A stretch of 64,000 nt of DNA, from IMG/VR virus record IMGVR_UViG_3300044701_003563; one strand, given 5' to 3'. Shown piece after piece: positions 30,159-38,452 of the stretch. The notes beneath the pieces were generated by a model. The model made no database searches and was not told the DNA's origin. It saw only the letters and a program-made list of their open reading frames with translations. Each line of letters opens with the position of its first letter. Within the stretch, counting starts at the first letter, position 1. This stretch comes from a virus. Position numbers and translations under genes: made by a program.

Positions 30159-30382
30159 CGTTCCTTCAGTCGGCTTTTGCGTCTATTTTGCACTCCTTCG
30201 GAGATATTTGCTTCACCTCCCAAATCAAATCATTTCGGATCTGCTTTGGCAATGAGTATGCATTAACCCGAGAAACAATCAATTGTGCTTGTAAACAAGT
30301 TAGAATGAGTGCTTCCATAGATGAACGATCCGTTCCGAGTCGGCTTACTTCCGTTTGCTATTTGCAAATAGCAAATGAACGT
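30159..30382 (-). ncRNA. Tandem or split glnA-type glutamine riboswitch
   Basis: Unit 1 (30381-30331): CGUUC-A-[palindromic stem]-CGGAAGUAAGCCGACUCG-GAACG. Unit 2 (30327-30159): CGUUC-A-UCUAU...AUAGA-CGCAAAAGCCGACUGAAG-GAACG. Lies upstream of a DUF4278-like gene. Confidence 0.78.
30166..30318 (-). CDS. 50-aa ORF nested in the riboswitch (MEALILTCLQAQLIVSRVNAYSLPKQIRNDLIWEVKQISPKECKIDAKAD)
   Basis: Manual translation; 153 nt open frame that fills the insertion exactly; no strong RBS. Confidence 0.6.
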   Translation of the reverse strand: MEALILTCLQAQLIVSRVNAYSLPKQIRNDLIWEVKQISPKECKIDAKAD

Positions 30383-30388
30383 AGAGGC

Positions 30389-30417
30389 ATTCTAATCCTC
30401 ATTATTTATGTAGTCAA
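30389..30417 (-). promoter_or_regulatory. Sigma70-type promoter TTGACT-17-TAGAAT with predicted start at about 30382; late-like ATAAATA in the spacer
   Basis: The spacing puts +1 on the first aptamer nucleotide. Confidence 0.7.
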
Positions 30418-30424
30418 GTCAGTT

Positions 30425-30440
30425 TGTAACACTTGTTACA
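30425..30440. promoter_or_regulatory. NtcA-like box TGTA-N8-TACA
   Basis: tGTAacacttgtTACa, intergenic; the GTA-N8-TAC core sits 8 nt upstream of the -35. Confidence 0.6.
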
Positions 30441-30441
30441 A

Positions 30442-30768
30442 TTACCTTTCAATATAACTCAATGTATGATTGGTTGCGTAGAGTTGTTGAATGATTATAT
30501 CACATCCAATTTTTGGTTGACAATCACCACAAGTATAAACATCACATGCTGCCTTTCCTTCCTCTGGCCATGTATGAATACTAATATGACTTTCTGAAAG
30601 TAAACAAATTACCGTAACCCCTTGAGGATCAAACTTCTTATAAATCGTTTGACATACAGTTGCTCCACTTGCTGCCGCTGCATTTTCAAGTAGATCAATA
30701 AGAAAATGCTCATCGTTCAAAAGAACGAATGAGCATCCGTAGAGATTGAGTAAGTAATGCTTGCCCAT
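30442..30768 (-). CDS. speD: S-adenosylmethionine decarboxylase proenzyme
   Basis: F.PQGVT...LLSESHISIHTWPE...A.DVYTCG, containing the E/S self-cleavage site. Confidence 0.92.
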   Translation of the reverse strand: MGKHYLLNLYGCSFVLLNDEHFLIDLLENAAAASGATVCQTIYKKFDPQGVTVICLLSESHISIHTWPEEGKAACDVYTCGDCQPKIGCDIIIQQLYATNHTLSYIER

Positions 30769-30974
30769 TATTCTGGATTATTCTCCATATATTCATTTAC
30801 TAATTTTTGGACGATATCTTCTCTTCCGTCGAGTTTATTTATAGTATGGATATTAGATTTTTTAAATTTTCTAATTTTTTTATATCTTTTAATTAATTTA
30901 GTTACTTCTGCTTGATTGATAATAGATTGAATTTTTCCAACCTCTTCTTCCTTTTTATCCGAGAATCCTTTCAT
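30768..30974 (-). CDS. Hypothetical protein
   Basis: Coupled ORF within the operon. Confidence 0.65.
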   Translation of the reverse strand: MKGFSDKKEEEVGKIQSIINQAEVTKLIKRYKKIRKFKKSNIHTINKLDGREDIVQKLVNEYMENNPE

Positions 30975-31321
30975 TTCTTTTTATTTTTACTTTTTGATTG
31001 ATACCCCCAAAGTTTTGGGTTAACTTTTCCATATCCCCATCCAATGTCCCGAACAACTCCAGGACCAAACTTATCATAATATAAATCAAATATTTTTACT
31101 CTTGTACCTCTACAAAGGTCCATAAAAATTTTATTTTCTATCTCATACTTTATAATGTATGCATCAAGAGGCCATGATGGATCTTTCAATTGTTCCATGG
31201 TTGCGTTTTCAACTAAAATAGTGCAACCATATTTTGGAGGCAGATTTTTCTTTTCTTCAGAAGACCAAGATTCCATTTTTACGTCTACCTCCGTATTTAC
31301 ATTCAAGACCTTCCTCCCCAA
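30971..31321 (-). CDS. Conserved cyanophage hypothetical protein
   Basis: IFDLYYDK...GYG.VNPKLWG; coupled ORF. Confidence 0.7.
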   Translation of the reverse strand: MGRKVLNVNTEVDVKMESWSSEEKKNLPPKYGCTILVENATMEQLKDPSWPLDAYIIKYEIENKIFMDLCRGTRVKIFDLYYDKFGPGVVRDIGWGYGKVNPKLWGYQSKSKNKKK

Positions 31322-31887
31322 GTAATTTCAGGATAGGCTTGGGATATAATGTCCTTTGTTATTTTATATTTATTTTGCAACTTCTTATCTTTTACCAAAA
31401 TCATAATTTCAGCTTCAAACGGATGCAATCCAGAAAGCATGTTAATAAACATGGTTTCTTTTTTCATTTGAGTAATTTGATTATTGCCGTTTCTGCAATA
31501 AATATAAAAATTTTGATATTCATTACGAATGGAAGTTTTGTTTTTTTCTTCTACAAAATCTTCAGTTCCATAATAACCACTGGTCTTTAAACCTTGATTC
31601 TTAGTTTTACTATTGACAAGATCACTAAGGTTTCCGCCAACAGAAGTTTGCTCATCAACACCAGCATAAGGAACATCTCCCTCTGGCAAAATAGAGACAA
31701 CACTCTCATCAAAATTCATAATAAGAATCGTAGTGAGAGCAGGATTTTTATATGCTTGGAGAGTCTCTACTTTTTGAGCTACTGTTCTTTGCTTAGAAAC
31801 AGCTCCAAGAATTTCGTGCATGAATGGATTTGGCTGAAGTTTTGGAACAGACCATTCAATCTTCGTCTTCGTCTTCGTTGTAGTCAT
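31303..31887 (-). CDS. Conserved T4-like cyanophage hypothetical protein
   Basis: NFD.SV.S.LPEG.VPY; ETMFI.ML.GLHP.EAE....VKDK.L. Confidence 0.75.
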   Translation of the reverse strand: MTTTKTKTKIEWSVPKLQPNPFMHEILGAVSKQRTVAQKVETLQAYKNPALTTILIMNFDESVVSILPEGDVPYAGVDEQTSVGGNLSDLVNSKTKNQGLKTSGYYGTEDFVEEKNKTSIRNEYQNFYIYCRNGNNQITQMKKETMFINMLSGLHPFEAEIMILVKDKKLQNKYKITKDIISQAYPEITWGGRS

Positions 31888-32098
31888 AGTATGATTCAGG
31901 ATAAAAATTAACAGCTATAGTTTGATCTGGCAATATATTGCCATTTTCGTCGAGCATTTCTGGATGTATGTTATGAGGCAACTTAAAGAATTTTTCATTT
32001 AAAAATTCTTTTGCTATCCAACCAACAACTCCCCCAAGAATAAAAAACATTACTGTGAATAAAACAGTAAAGGTTACAACAAAAGGCAGTACTTCCAT
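31856..32098 (-). CDS. Small membrane protein
   Basis: N-terminal transmembrane segment, HPEM.DENG motif, acidic tail. Confidence 0.7.
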   Translation of the reverse strand: MEVLPFVVTFTVLFTVMFFILGGVVGWIAKEFLNEKFFKLPHNIHPEMLDENGNILPDQTIAVNFYPESYYDYNEDEDED

Positions 32099-32118
32099 TG
32101 GTTTTCCTCCTTAGAGAG

Positions 32119-32325
32119 TTACTTTTTTTTAATATCAATTCCGAAATCAAAGTTTATTTGTATCTCTCTTTTTAGGAGAGATAATGTTTTTTCAAATCTA
32201 AAATTAAATGTTTTAGATTTGAAAACTTTTTTCCCTCCATGTTGCCGTAACATTAATTCAAACCCCCGATTTATGTGAGGTTCTTCTTTATTTAGATCTG
32301 TTTTATCATTGTTTTCTTGCATCAA
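32119..32325 (-). CDS. Hypothetical protein
   Basis: INRGFELMLR; coupled to glutaredoxin. Confidence 0.6.
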   Translation of the reverse strand: MMQENNDKTDLNKEEPHINRGFELMLRQHGGKKVFKSKTFNFRFEKTLSLLKREIQINFDFGIDIKKK

Positions 32326-32564
32326 CTTACTATTTTATTTTCTTTTAAAAATTTTACGGTTTCAATACATCCCCCCAGAGAAACATCATTATCTAAAATT
32401 ACCTGAGGAAAGGAAGATTCACTTCCAAATTTTTCTAAAAATTCTTCTTTAGTAAAGTCTTCATCCAAATAATAAATCGTGTGATCAACATTTGTCAAAC
32501 CCAATACCCTTTGAATTTTTTCACAGTATGGGCATCCATTTTTTGAATATACAGTAAATTTCAT
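32322..32564 (-). CDS. nrdC: Glutaredoxin
   Basis: CPYC active site, FPQV, LGG; upstream TTGATC-17-TATAAT promoter. Confidence 0.9.
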   Translation of the reverse strand: MKFTVYSKNGCPYCEKIQRVLGLTNVDHTIYYLDEDFTKEEFLEKFGSESSFPQVILDNDVSLGGCIETVKFLKENKIVS

Positions 32565-32612
32565 TTTAGTTTTAAGGTTGAGATGGAATTATAGCACATA
32601 AAAAACAAATGA

Positions 32613-34904
32613 TCAAATGACTTTTAACTGGTCTATAGTTTTAAATTGTGCATTTGATCTCCACCATTCTAAGGAAATATTAAATGAATTTTGATGATGA
32701 TGATCAGTTTCTCCAGTTCTTATTCCAGTGGCATTAAAATAACTTGAAGGGCAATTTTGAATATCCTCAACAAATAATGGGAACGAATAAACTTTCCCAA
32801 AGTTTGAATATATTATAGTTTCAATCACAGGTATTCTAGCCCATTCCTCTCTGGCAAACATATCCTGTCCAACATAATCTAGAGTAAAGGTATCATTTGG
32901 ATAATATGTTTCTACCAATTTTCTTGCATGTTCTCTACTTATTAAGTAGGCACATCCAGACCAATCACACCAACATCTGTTTCTGAATCCAATGCTGAAT
33001 CTGTGAAAATCTTCTCGCAATAAACACAACTGAACACATTCCCAATCCTCTGGCAGAGAATTAAAAAATTCTTTCCATGTAAAGTTCCAATACTTTACAG
33101 TTTGAAATCCCAAGTCATCCTCACAAATAAAAGTATACGGTTCATTGGTTTCATAATACCATTCTTTAATGGCCTTCAAATGGGAAGTAACTGGACCTCT
33201 ACTTCCAATACTTAATCTGTGTAAAAGTTGAGATTCTATTTTATGTTCTTCATCATTATATCTTTTATATATTCTGGGAGTTACATTTTCAATCCCATAT
33301 TCTTCAAATTTTTTATGTAAAATATTTCTTCTATCTTCCGTTTCTTCTATGCTTATATAATTTACAGATGGAAATCCTTCAAACTTTATCTTATTATCAT
33401 CAATTACATTATGAATAAAACAGAGTTCACTAATATCAAAATCTTTGATCGTTTCATTAACTGCTTGTTTTACCCCAGGAAACCAATCATATCTTCCATC
33501 ATCTGGATAATAATCATGTCCTGCCAATATTCCACCAGGCTTTACTTTTGAAATCCAATTTTGAATATCTCTTTTTACATCTTCATATTCATGAGAAGCA
33601 TCCAAGAAAACAAATTTTAAAGACTTATCTTTGAATTTTTTTGATGCTTCTTCGGATGTCATTTTTAGAGGAAAATAATATTTTTCAACTGGCTTCATAT
33701 TTGCCATGAATGTTTCATAAAGAGTTGGCAAAGATTCTTTTTCCGAATTATTTAAATGCTCTATGCTACCTTCCCACGTATCAATAACGTATAAAGTAAT
33801 ATCTTTTTTGGAATTAGCAATTTCTACAGCAAGGCAGGAAGTTGATCTACCTTTCCATGCACCAACTTCAACAAAAATATCACCATCTTTCGCCAAATTA
33901 ACTACGTTCTTATACAAATTTGGATATGAAAACCAGTTTTCTCCAAAAATACTATCATCTTGCCAATAATGATCTAATGCTATTTCATCTTCAATATTTT
34001 CTAAATCTATTCTGTTTTCATTTAAAGAATTAGAAACCTTTTTATTAATTTTCATTATTCTATTATGCCACCATTTAAGAACTTCATTTTGAACTTCTTG
34101 TAATTTTTCCTCATCATGTAAAAGAAGTTTGCATTTATGAACTACTTCATCCCAACTTCTGCCCAAAATCCATGGAGGAGATTCTTCATATTTAAAAGTT
34201 TGCGATATTTCATTAACGGATCCAACTACGCATGGTATAGACCCACACATTGATGCTTCGTACAATCTATAGCAATCTAAAGTAGAATTTCCTCGTCCAC
34301 AAGGAACAAATTTTGATTGAAGATATCTTTCAATCATATCATCTTTTGAAGTATTAGTGGCATAGGTATGAGAATGTATTTGGGAAAATTTATCCAACAT
34401 CTCCCATCTATCATTTTTCATATCTCCCACCCATCCCCAATTATAAGATCTATTTTTTATTTTTGGTATTTTTTCAAATGAATCTGGGAAAAAATCCATA
34501 AAATCTAAACCAGCATCATTACAATAACCCAAAGGGATATGAGCAGTATTTTCAAAATACTCATATCCTTCATGATGATATTGTCTGAGATAAAGATTAC
34601 AATATTTTGATAATCTATTGTAATGATTTAAATCTTCATTCTTATATTCATCGGATAATTGAATTATTATTTTGGGGTTTACTATGTTTACAATGTTTAT
34701 GATTTCATTAAATGATTTCTTTCTACAATTAAAAACTAAAACATCAAACAATCCATGAACATTTTCTATTGTAGGTGAGAAGGTCAATTCTTTATTTTTG
34801 TCCGATGGCAATAAAGTATCTACAATATAATCAGTTTCCCATACCTTTTCTTTATTTTCATCCAAAAACAAAACTCTAATATCTTCAATCATTTTACAAA
34901 TCAC
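32613..34904 (-). CDS. Three-domain fusion: exostosin/GT47-like + class I SAM methyltransferase + GT25-like
   Basis: SKFVPCGRGN..DCYRLYEA..CG.IP; FVEVGAWKGRS..DTW...FLDASH.YE.V..D...KPGG..AGHDY; YI..E...RR...SHLKAI...EDD. Confidence 0.75.
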   Translation of the reverse strand: MICKMIEDIRVLFLDENKEKVWETDYIVDTLLPSDKNKELTFSPTIENVHGLFDVLVFNCRKKSFNEIINIVNIVNPKIIIQLSDEYKNEDLNHYNRLSKYCNLYLRQYHHEGYEYFENTAHIPLGYCNDAGLDFMDFFPDSFEKIPKIKNRSYNWGWVGDMKNDRWEMLDKFSQIHSHTYATNTSKDDMIERYLQSKFVPCGRGNSTLDCYRLYEASMCGSIPCVVGSVNEISQTFKYEESPPWILGRSWDEVVHKCKLLLHDEEKLQEVQNEVLKWWHNRIMKINKKVSNSLNENRIDLENIEDEIALDHYWQDDSIFGENWFSYPNLYKNVVNLAKDGDIFVEVGAWKGRSTSCLAVEIANSKKDITLYVIDTWEGSIEHLNNSEKESLPTLYETFMANMKPVEKYYFPLKMTSEEASKKFKDKSLKFVFLDASHEYEDVKRDIQNWISKVKPGGILAGHDYYPDDGRYDWFPGVKQAVNETIKDFDISELCFIHNVIDDNKIKFEGFPSVNYISIEETEDRRNILHKKFEEYGIENVTPRIYKRYNDEEHKIESQLLHRLSIGSRGPVTSHLKAIKEWYYETNEPYTFICEDDLGFQTVKYWNFTWKEFFNSLPEDWECVQLCLLREDFHRFSIGFRNRCWCDWSGCAYLISREHARKLVETYYPNDTFTLDYVGQDMFAREEWARIPVIETIIYSNFGKVYSFPLFVEDIQNCPSSYFNATGIRTGETDHHHQNSFNISLEWWRSNAQFKTIDQLKVI

Positions 34905-34920
34905 TTATTTTTTAACTTAT

Positions 34921-35811
34921 TTATTCCTTTGATCTAAGCTTCGCATAATCAAAAATCTTTTGAGGAACATTGATCTCAAGTGCTTCTTCAAATCCTTTAA
35001 ACCCTGGAGCAGAGTTTGCCTCACAAATTTTATAACCATCCTCATGAAATAAAAGATCAACACCAGCAATATCAAGATCAAGAACCTTAGCAACTTGAAT
35101 TGCCAAAAGTTCCATCTGATCATCTACTTCAATACCTTCACCAACTCCACCTCTGGATATATTTGCTTTAAAAGATCCATCAACTGATTTCCTTTGCATC
35201 GCACCAATAACCCTACCACCTACAACAATCACACGAATATCTCGTCCCTTCGATTGATCAATATATTCTTGAACAATCATGGAACTTTTAAAATCTATTG
35301 ATGAAATAAGTTCTGAAAGATCTTCAAATTGCTTTGCATTTTCACAAAGATAAACTCCAGCACCGTGAGATCCCGTGACAACTTTCATAACGCAGGGAAA
35401 ACCTACTTGCTTTTCAACTAAGTCACTATTACTTGGAAACCGAGTAAGCATTGTTTTGGGAATGGGAAGACCCGCCTGCCCAAAAATTTGCATAGCATAC
35501 ATCTTATCCTTTGCAGCTTCAATCGAATTTGAATTGGGAAGTGTAGGGACATTCAACCTTTCAAACTGACGAAGCACGGAAAGATTATAATATCCAGTAC
35601 TACTTCCAGTACGAGCAAGAACTACATCAGGAAGAGCAACAGCATCATTAAGATATCGAATTGATTTACGATCATCCCGCGATACAATCAAATCCAATTC
35701 ATCTGCATAAACTACAGAAAAATCGATACCATATTTATTTGATTCTTCTATAAATCGATCTCTCTCATAAGTTTCCTTTGTGAGACGATTACATAACATC
35801 CAGAGTTTCAT
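34921..35811 (-). CDS. rimK: RimK-family ATP-grasp alpha-L-glutamate ligase
   Basis: DK, GFP.V.K...GSHG.GV, VQEYI...GRDIRV.VVGG, FKAN.SRGG, GVDLL, EANSAPG. Confidence 0.88.
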   Translation of the reverse strand: MKLWMLCNRLTKETYERDRFIEESNKYGIDFSVVYADELDLIVSRDDRKSIRYLNDAVALPDVVLARTGSSTGYYNLSVLRQFERLNVPTLPNSNSIEAAKDKMYAMQIFGQAGLPIPKTMLTRFPSNSDLVEKQVGFPCVMKVVTGSHGAGVYLCENAKQFEDLSELISSIDFKSSMIVQEYIDQSKGRDIRVIVVGGRVIGAMQRKSVDGSFKANISRGGVGEGIEVDDQMELLAIQVAKVLDLDIAGVDLLFHEDGYKICEANSAPGFKGFEEALEINVPQKIFDYAKLRSKE

Positions 35812-35840
35812 AAAAATATAAAAGTTTTACATAATTATAA

Positions 35841-35915
35841 TTATATGTCTTGTGCAATAGACAATACAAACATGAAAATCCCGAAAGCAATAAAAGTTGC
35901 GAGTATTAGAAGCAT
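35841..35915 (-). CDS. Putative 24-aa single-pass membrane peptide (MLLILATFIAFGIFMFVLSIAQDI)
   Basis: Manual translation; fills the psbD-rimK gap. Confidence 0.45.
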   Translation of the reverse strand: MLLILATFIAFGIFMFVLSIAQDI

Positions 35916-35943
35916 AAAAAAAAGGAGTTCTTGTGGAACTCCT
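35916..35943 (-). terminator. Intrinsic terminator after psbD
   Basis: AGGAGTTC/GAACTCCT stem plus U-tract. Confidence 0.85.
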
Positions 35944-35952
35944 CTATTTATT

Positions 35953-37014
35953 TTAAAGTGCGTTACCTCTTGGTAGAACTTCCTCAGGGAACACAAAGTT
36001 CTCATGAGGTTGGTCTACTGGTGCCATCCAGGCACGAAGACCTTCATTGAGTAGAATATTCTTTGTGTAGAACGTTTCAAACTCAGGATCTTCTGCTGCA
36101 CGAATCTCCTGACTCACAAAATCGTAAGCACGAAGATTAAGGGCAAGACCAATGATACCAATGCTGGAAGTCCAAAGACCCATGACAGGCACAAATAACA
36201 TGAAGAAATGAAGCCAACGCTTATTGCTAAAAGCAATACCGAAGATCTGACTCCAGAATCTGTTAGCCGTAACCATAGAATACGTCTCTTCCTCTTGAGT
36301 CGGTTCAAATGCCTTGAATGTGTTTGCTTGTTCACTGTCTTCAAATAGTGTGTTTTCTACAGTTGCTCCGTGAATAGCACAGAGCAGTGCTCCACCCAGT
36401 ATACCAGCAACTCCCATCATATGGAAGGGGTTGAGGGTCCAGTTGTGGAAACCCTGAAGAAACAGAAGGAACCTGAAGATTGCTGCGACTCCAAAAGAGG
36501 GAGCAAAGAACCAACTGGATTGACCCAGTGGATACATCAGGAACACAGAAACGAATACTGCAATAGGACCAGAGAATGCGATTGCATTGTAAGGACGAAT
36601 GCCTACAAGACGGGCAATCTCAAACTGACGAAGCATAAATCCAATTAGAGCGAAAGCCCCGTGGAGTGCCACAAAAGGCCAGAGTCCCCCAAGTTGGAAC
36701 CACCTGACGATATCCCCTTGAGACTCAGGACCCCAGAGAAGCATAAGAGAATGACCCATAGAATCTGCTGGAGTAGAAACTGCCGCAGTAAGAAAGTTTG
36801 CACCCTCCAGATAGGAACTTGCCAACCCGTGAGTATACCAACTCGTAACGAAAGTTGTCCCAGTAAGCCAACCACCAAGAGCAAGGTAAGCAGTGGGAAA
36901 AAGAAGAAGTCCAGACCAGCCAACAAAAACGAAACGATCTCTTTTAAGCCAGTCATCGAGTACATCGAACCATCCTCTCTGTGAATTTGATTGTGTTAGT
37001 GCTGATGAAACCAT
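35953..37014 (-). CDS. psbD: Photosystem II D2 protein
   Basis: [21 protein letters not shown]...[12 protein letters not shown]; GGAGG RBS. Confidence 0.99.
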   Translation of the reverse strand: MVSSALTQSNSQRGWFDVLDDWLKRDRFVFVGWSGLLLFPTAYLALGGWLTGTTFVTSWYTHGLASSYLEGANFLTAAVSTPADSMGHSLMLLWGPESQGDIVRWFQLGGLWPFVALHGAFALIGFMLRQFEIARLVGIRPYNAIAFSGPIAVFVSVFLMYPLGQSSWFFAPSFGVAAIFRFLLFLQGFHNWTLNPFHMMGVAGILGGALLCAIHGATVENTLFEDSEQANTFKAFEPTQEEETYSMVTANRFWSQIFGIAFSNKRWLHFFMLFVPVMGLWTSSIGIIGLALNLRAYDFVSQEIRAAEDPEFETFYTKNILLNEGLRAWMAPVDQPHENFVFPEEVLPRGNAL

Positions 37015-37035
37015 ATCCTCCTCATTTATTTACAG

Positions 37036-37069
37036 TATTTATCTTAACACTTCTTAACAAAGAAGTCAA
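37036..37069 (-). promoter_or_regulatory. psbD promoter TTGACT-17-TAAGAT overlapping late-like GATAAATA
   Basis: Spacing is visible; CTTAACA direct repeat with 10-bp period lies within it. Confidence 0.6.
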
Positions 37070-37082
37070 TGAGTATTAGTGC

Positions 37083-37205
37083 TCATCCCCAATAAATCTG
37101 ACCGAGAGTGAACAGGACAAACACAAGGATCGTAAATACCATCATACCTACTCCTGCCCAGATTACCCAGGGTTCCATAGGTTCGTGTTGAGGATTATGA
37201 GACAT
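37083..37205 (-). CDS. Putative 40-aa single-pass membrane peptide (MSHNPQHEPMEPWVIWAGVGMMVFTILVFVLFTLGQIYWG)
   Basis: Manual translation; fills the psbA-psbD gap. Confidence 0.55.
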   Translation of the reverse strand: MSHNPQHEPMEPWVIWAGVGMMVFTILVFVLFTLGQIYWG

Positions 37206-37232
37206 AAAAAAAGAGGGTTGTTATACCCTCTT
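37206..37232 (-). terminator. Intrinsic terminator after psbA
   Basis: AAGAGGGT/ACCCTCTT stem plus U-tract. Confidence 0.85.
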
Positions 37233-37258
37233 AATTATATCAGTTATTCAGTTTTATA

Positions 37259-38338
37259 TCAACCAATGGCAGGAGCAGTCAGAGCAACAGGAGTTGACTC
37301 AGCAGCAGCAAGGTCCAGAGGGAAGTTGTGAGCATTGCGCTCGTGCATTACTTCCATTCCAAGTCCAGCACGGTTCAGAACATCTGCCCAAGTGTTGAGC
37401 ACACGACCCTGACCATCAATGATGCTCTGGTTGAAGTTGAAACCATTCAGGTTGAATGCCATGGTGCTAACACCAAGAGCAGTAAACCAGATGCCTACAA
37501 CAGGCCAGGCAGCAAGGAAGAAGTGCAGTGAACGAGAGTTGTTGAACGAAGCATATTGGAAGATCAGACGACCGAAATACCCGTGAGCAGCAACAATGTT
37601 GTAGGTCTCTTCTTCTTGACCGAACTTGTAACCATAGTTCTGAGATTCGGTTTCAGTAGTTTCACGAACCAGTGAAGAAGTCACCAGTGAACCGTGCATA
37701 GCACTGAAGAGTGAACCACCGAACACACCAGCAACTCCAAGCATGTGGAAGGGGTGCATCAGGATATTGTGTTCTGCTTGGAAGACAAGCATGTAGTTAA
37801 ACGTACCAGAGATACCCAAAGGCATCGCATCAGAGAAAGAACCTTGACCGAAAGGATAGACCAGGAATACAGCAGATGCAGCAGCAACAGGAGCACTATA
37901 AGCAACGCAGATCCAAGGACGCATACCCAGACGATAGGAGAGTTCCCATTCACGTCCCATGTAAGCATAGATGCCGATGAGGAAGTGAAATACAACAAGT
38001 TGGAAAGGTCCACCGTTATAAAGCCATTCATCAAGAGATGCAGCTTCCCAGATGGGGTAGAAGTGCAGACCAATCGCATTAGAAGAAGGAACAACGGCAC
38101 CAGAGATGATGTTGTTTCCGTACATCAGAGAACCAGCAACTGGTTCACGAATTCCATCAATGTCCACAGGAGGAGCACCGATGAATGCGATAATGAAGCA
38201 AGTCGTAGCAGCAAGCAAGCAAGGGATCATAAGGACTCCAAACCAACCAACATAGATGCGGTTATCGGTGGAGGTGATCCAATTGCAGAACTGTTCCCAA
38301 GTATTCGATTGTCGTTGTTGTGAAATTGTAGCAGTCAT
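37259..38338 (-). CDS. psbA: Photosystem II D1 protein (no intron)
   Basis: Canonical D1 sequence; start reassigned to MTATISQQ at 38338. Confidence 0.99.
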   Translation of the reverse strand: MTATISQQRQSNTWEQFCNWITSTDNRIYVGWFGVLMIPCLLAATTCFIIAFIGAPPVDIDGIREPVAGSLMYGNNIISGAVVPSSNAIGLHFYPIWEAASLDEWLYNGGPFQLVVFHFLIGIYAYMGREWELSYRLGMRPWICVAYSAPVAAASAVFLVYPFGQGSFSDAMPLGISGTFNYMLVFQAEHNILMHPFHMLGVAGVFGGSLFSAMHGSLVTSSLVRETTETESQNYGYKFGQEEETYNIVAAHGYFGRLIFQYASFNNSRSLHFFLAAWPVVGIWFTALGVSTMAFNLNGFNFNQSIIDGQGRVLNTWADVLNRAGLGMEVMHERNAHNFPLDLAAAESTPVALTAPAIG

Positions 38339-38349
38339 TGTTTTAAAAA

Positions 38350-38452
38350 GTAGTAAGACCATCAGGGACATGGTGGAGTTACTATGCTCCCCGCACCCTC
38401 AGCGGGGATATGAGAGACGTATTTACCCTCCCTTAGGTCTCGGTTAACGGGA
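38350..38452 (-). ncRNA. PhotoRC-II-like structured psbA leader
   Basis: ACCGAGACC...GUCUCUCAUAUC, CCCCGC/GCGGGG hairpin and ACCAU/AUGGU hairpin in the psbA 5' UTR, matching my recollection of the motif. Confidence 0.72.

Noticed and set aside
30188-30457. 89-aa plus-strand ORF over the riboswitch
   Set aside because: The minus strand has promoter, aptamer motifs and coherent ORFs; this frame has a TTG start and no support.
34921-35915. RimK plus 24-aa peptide as a graspetide RiPP cluster
   Set aside because: The peptide is a hydrophobic helix lacking repeated Thr/Lys and Asp/Glu cores, and the enzyme looks like standard RimK.
35953-38338. Group I intron or homing endonuclease at psbA/psbD
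   Set aside because: Both frames are continuous and of normal length; no endonuclease ORF is adjacent.
38339-38371. N-terminal extension of psbA given in the ORF track
   Set aside because: It lies in the structured leader; D1 normally begins MT(A/T)T. Similar over-extended starts were trimmed for hli, fcl, talC and the nuclease.
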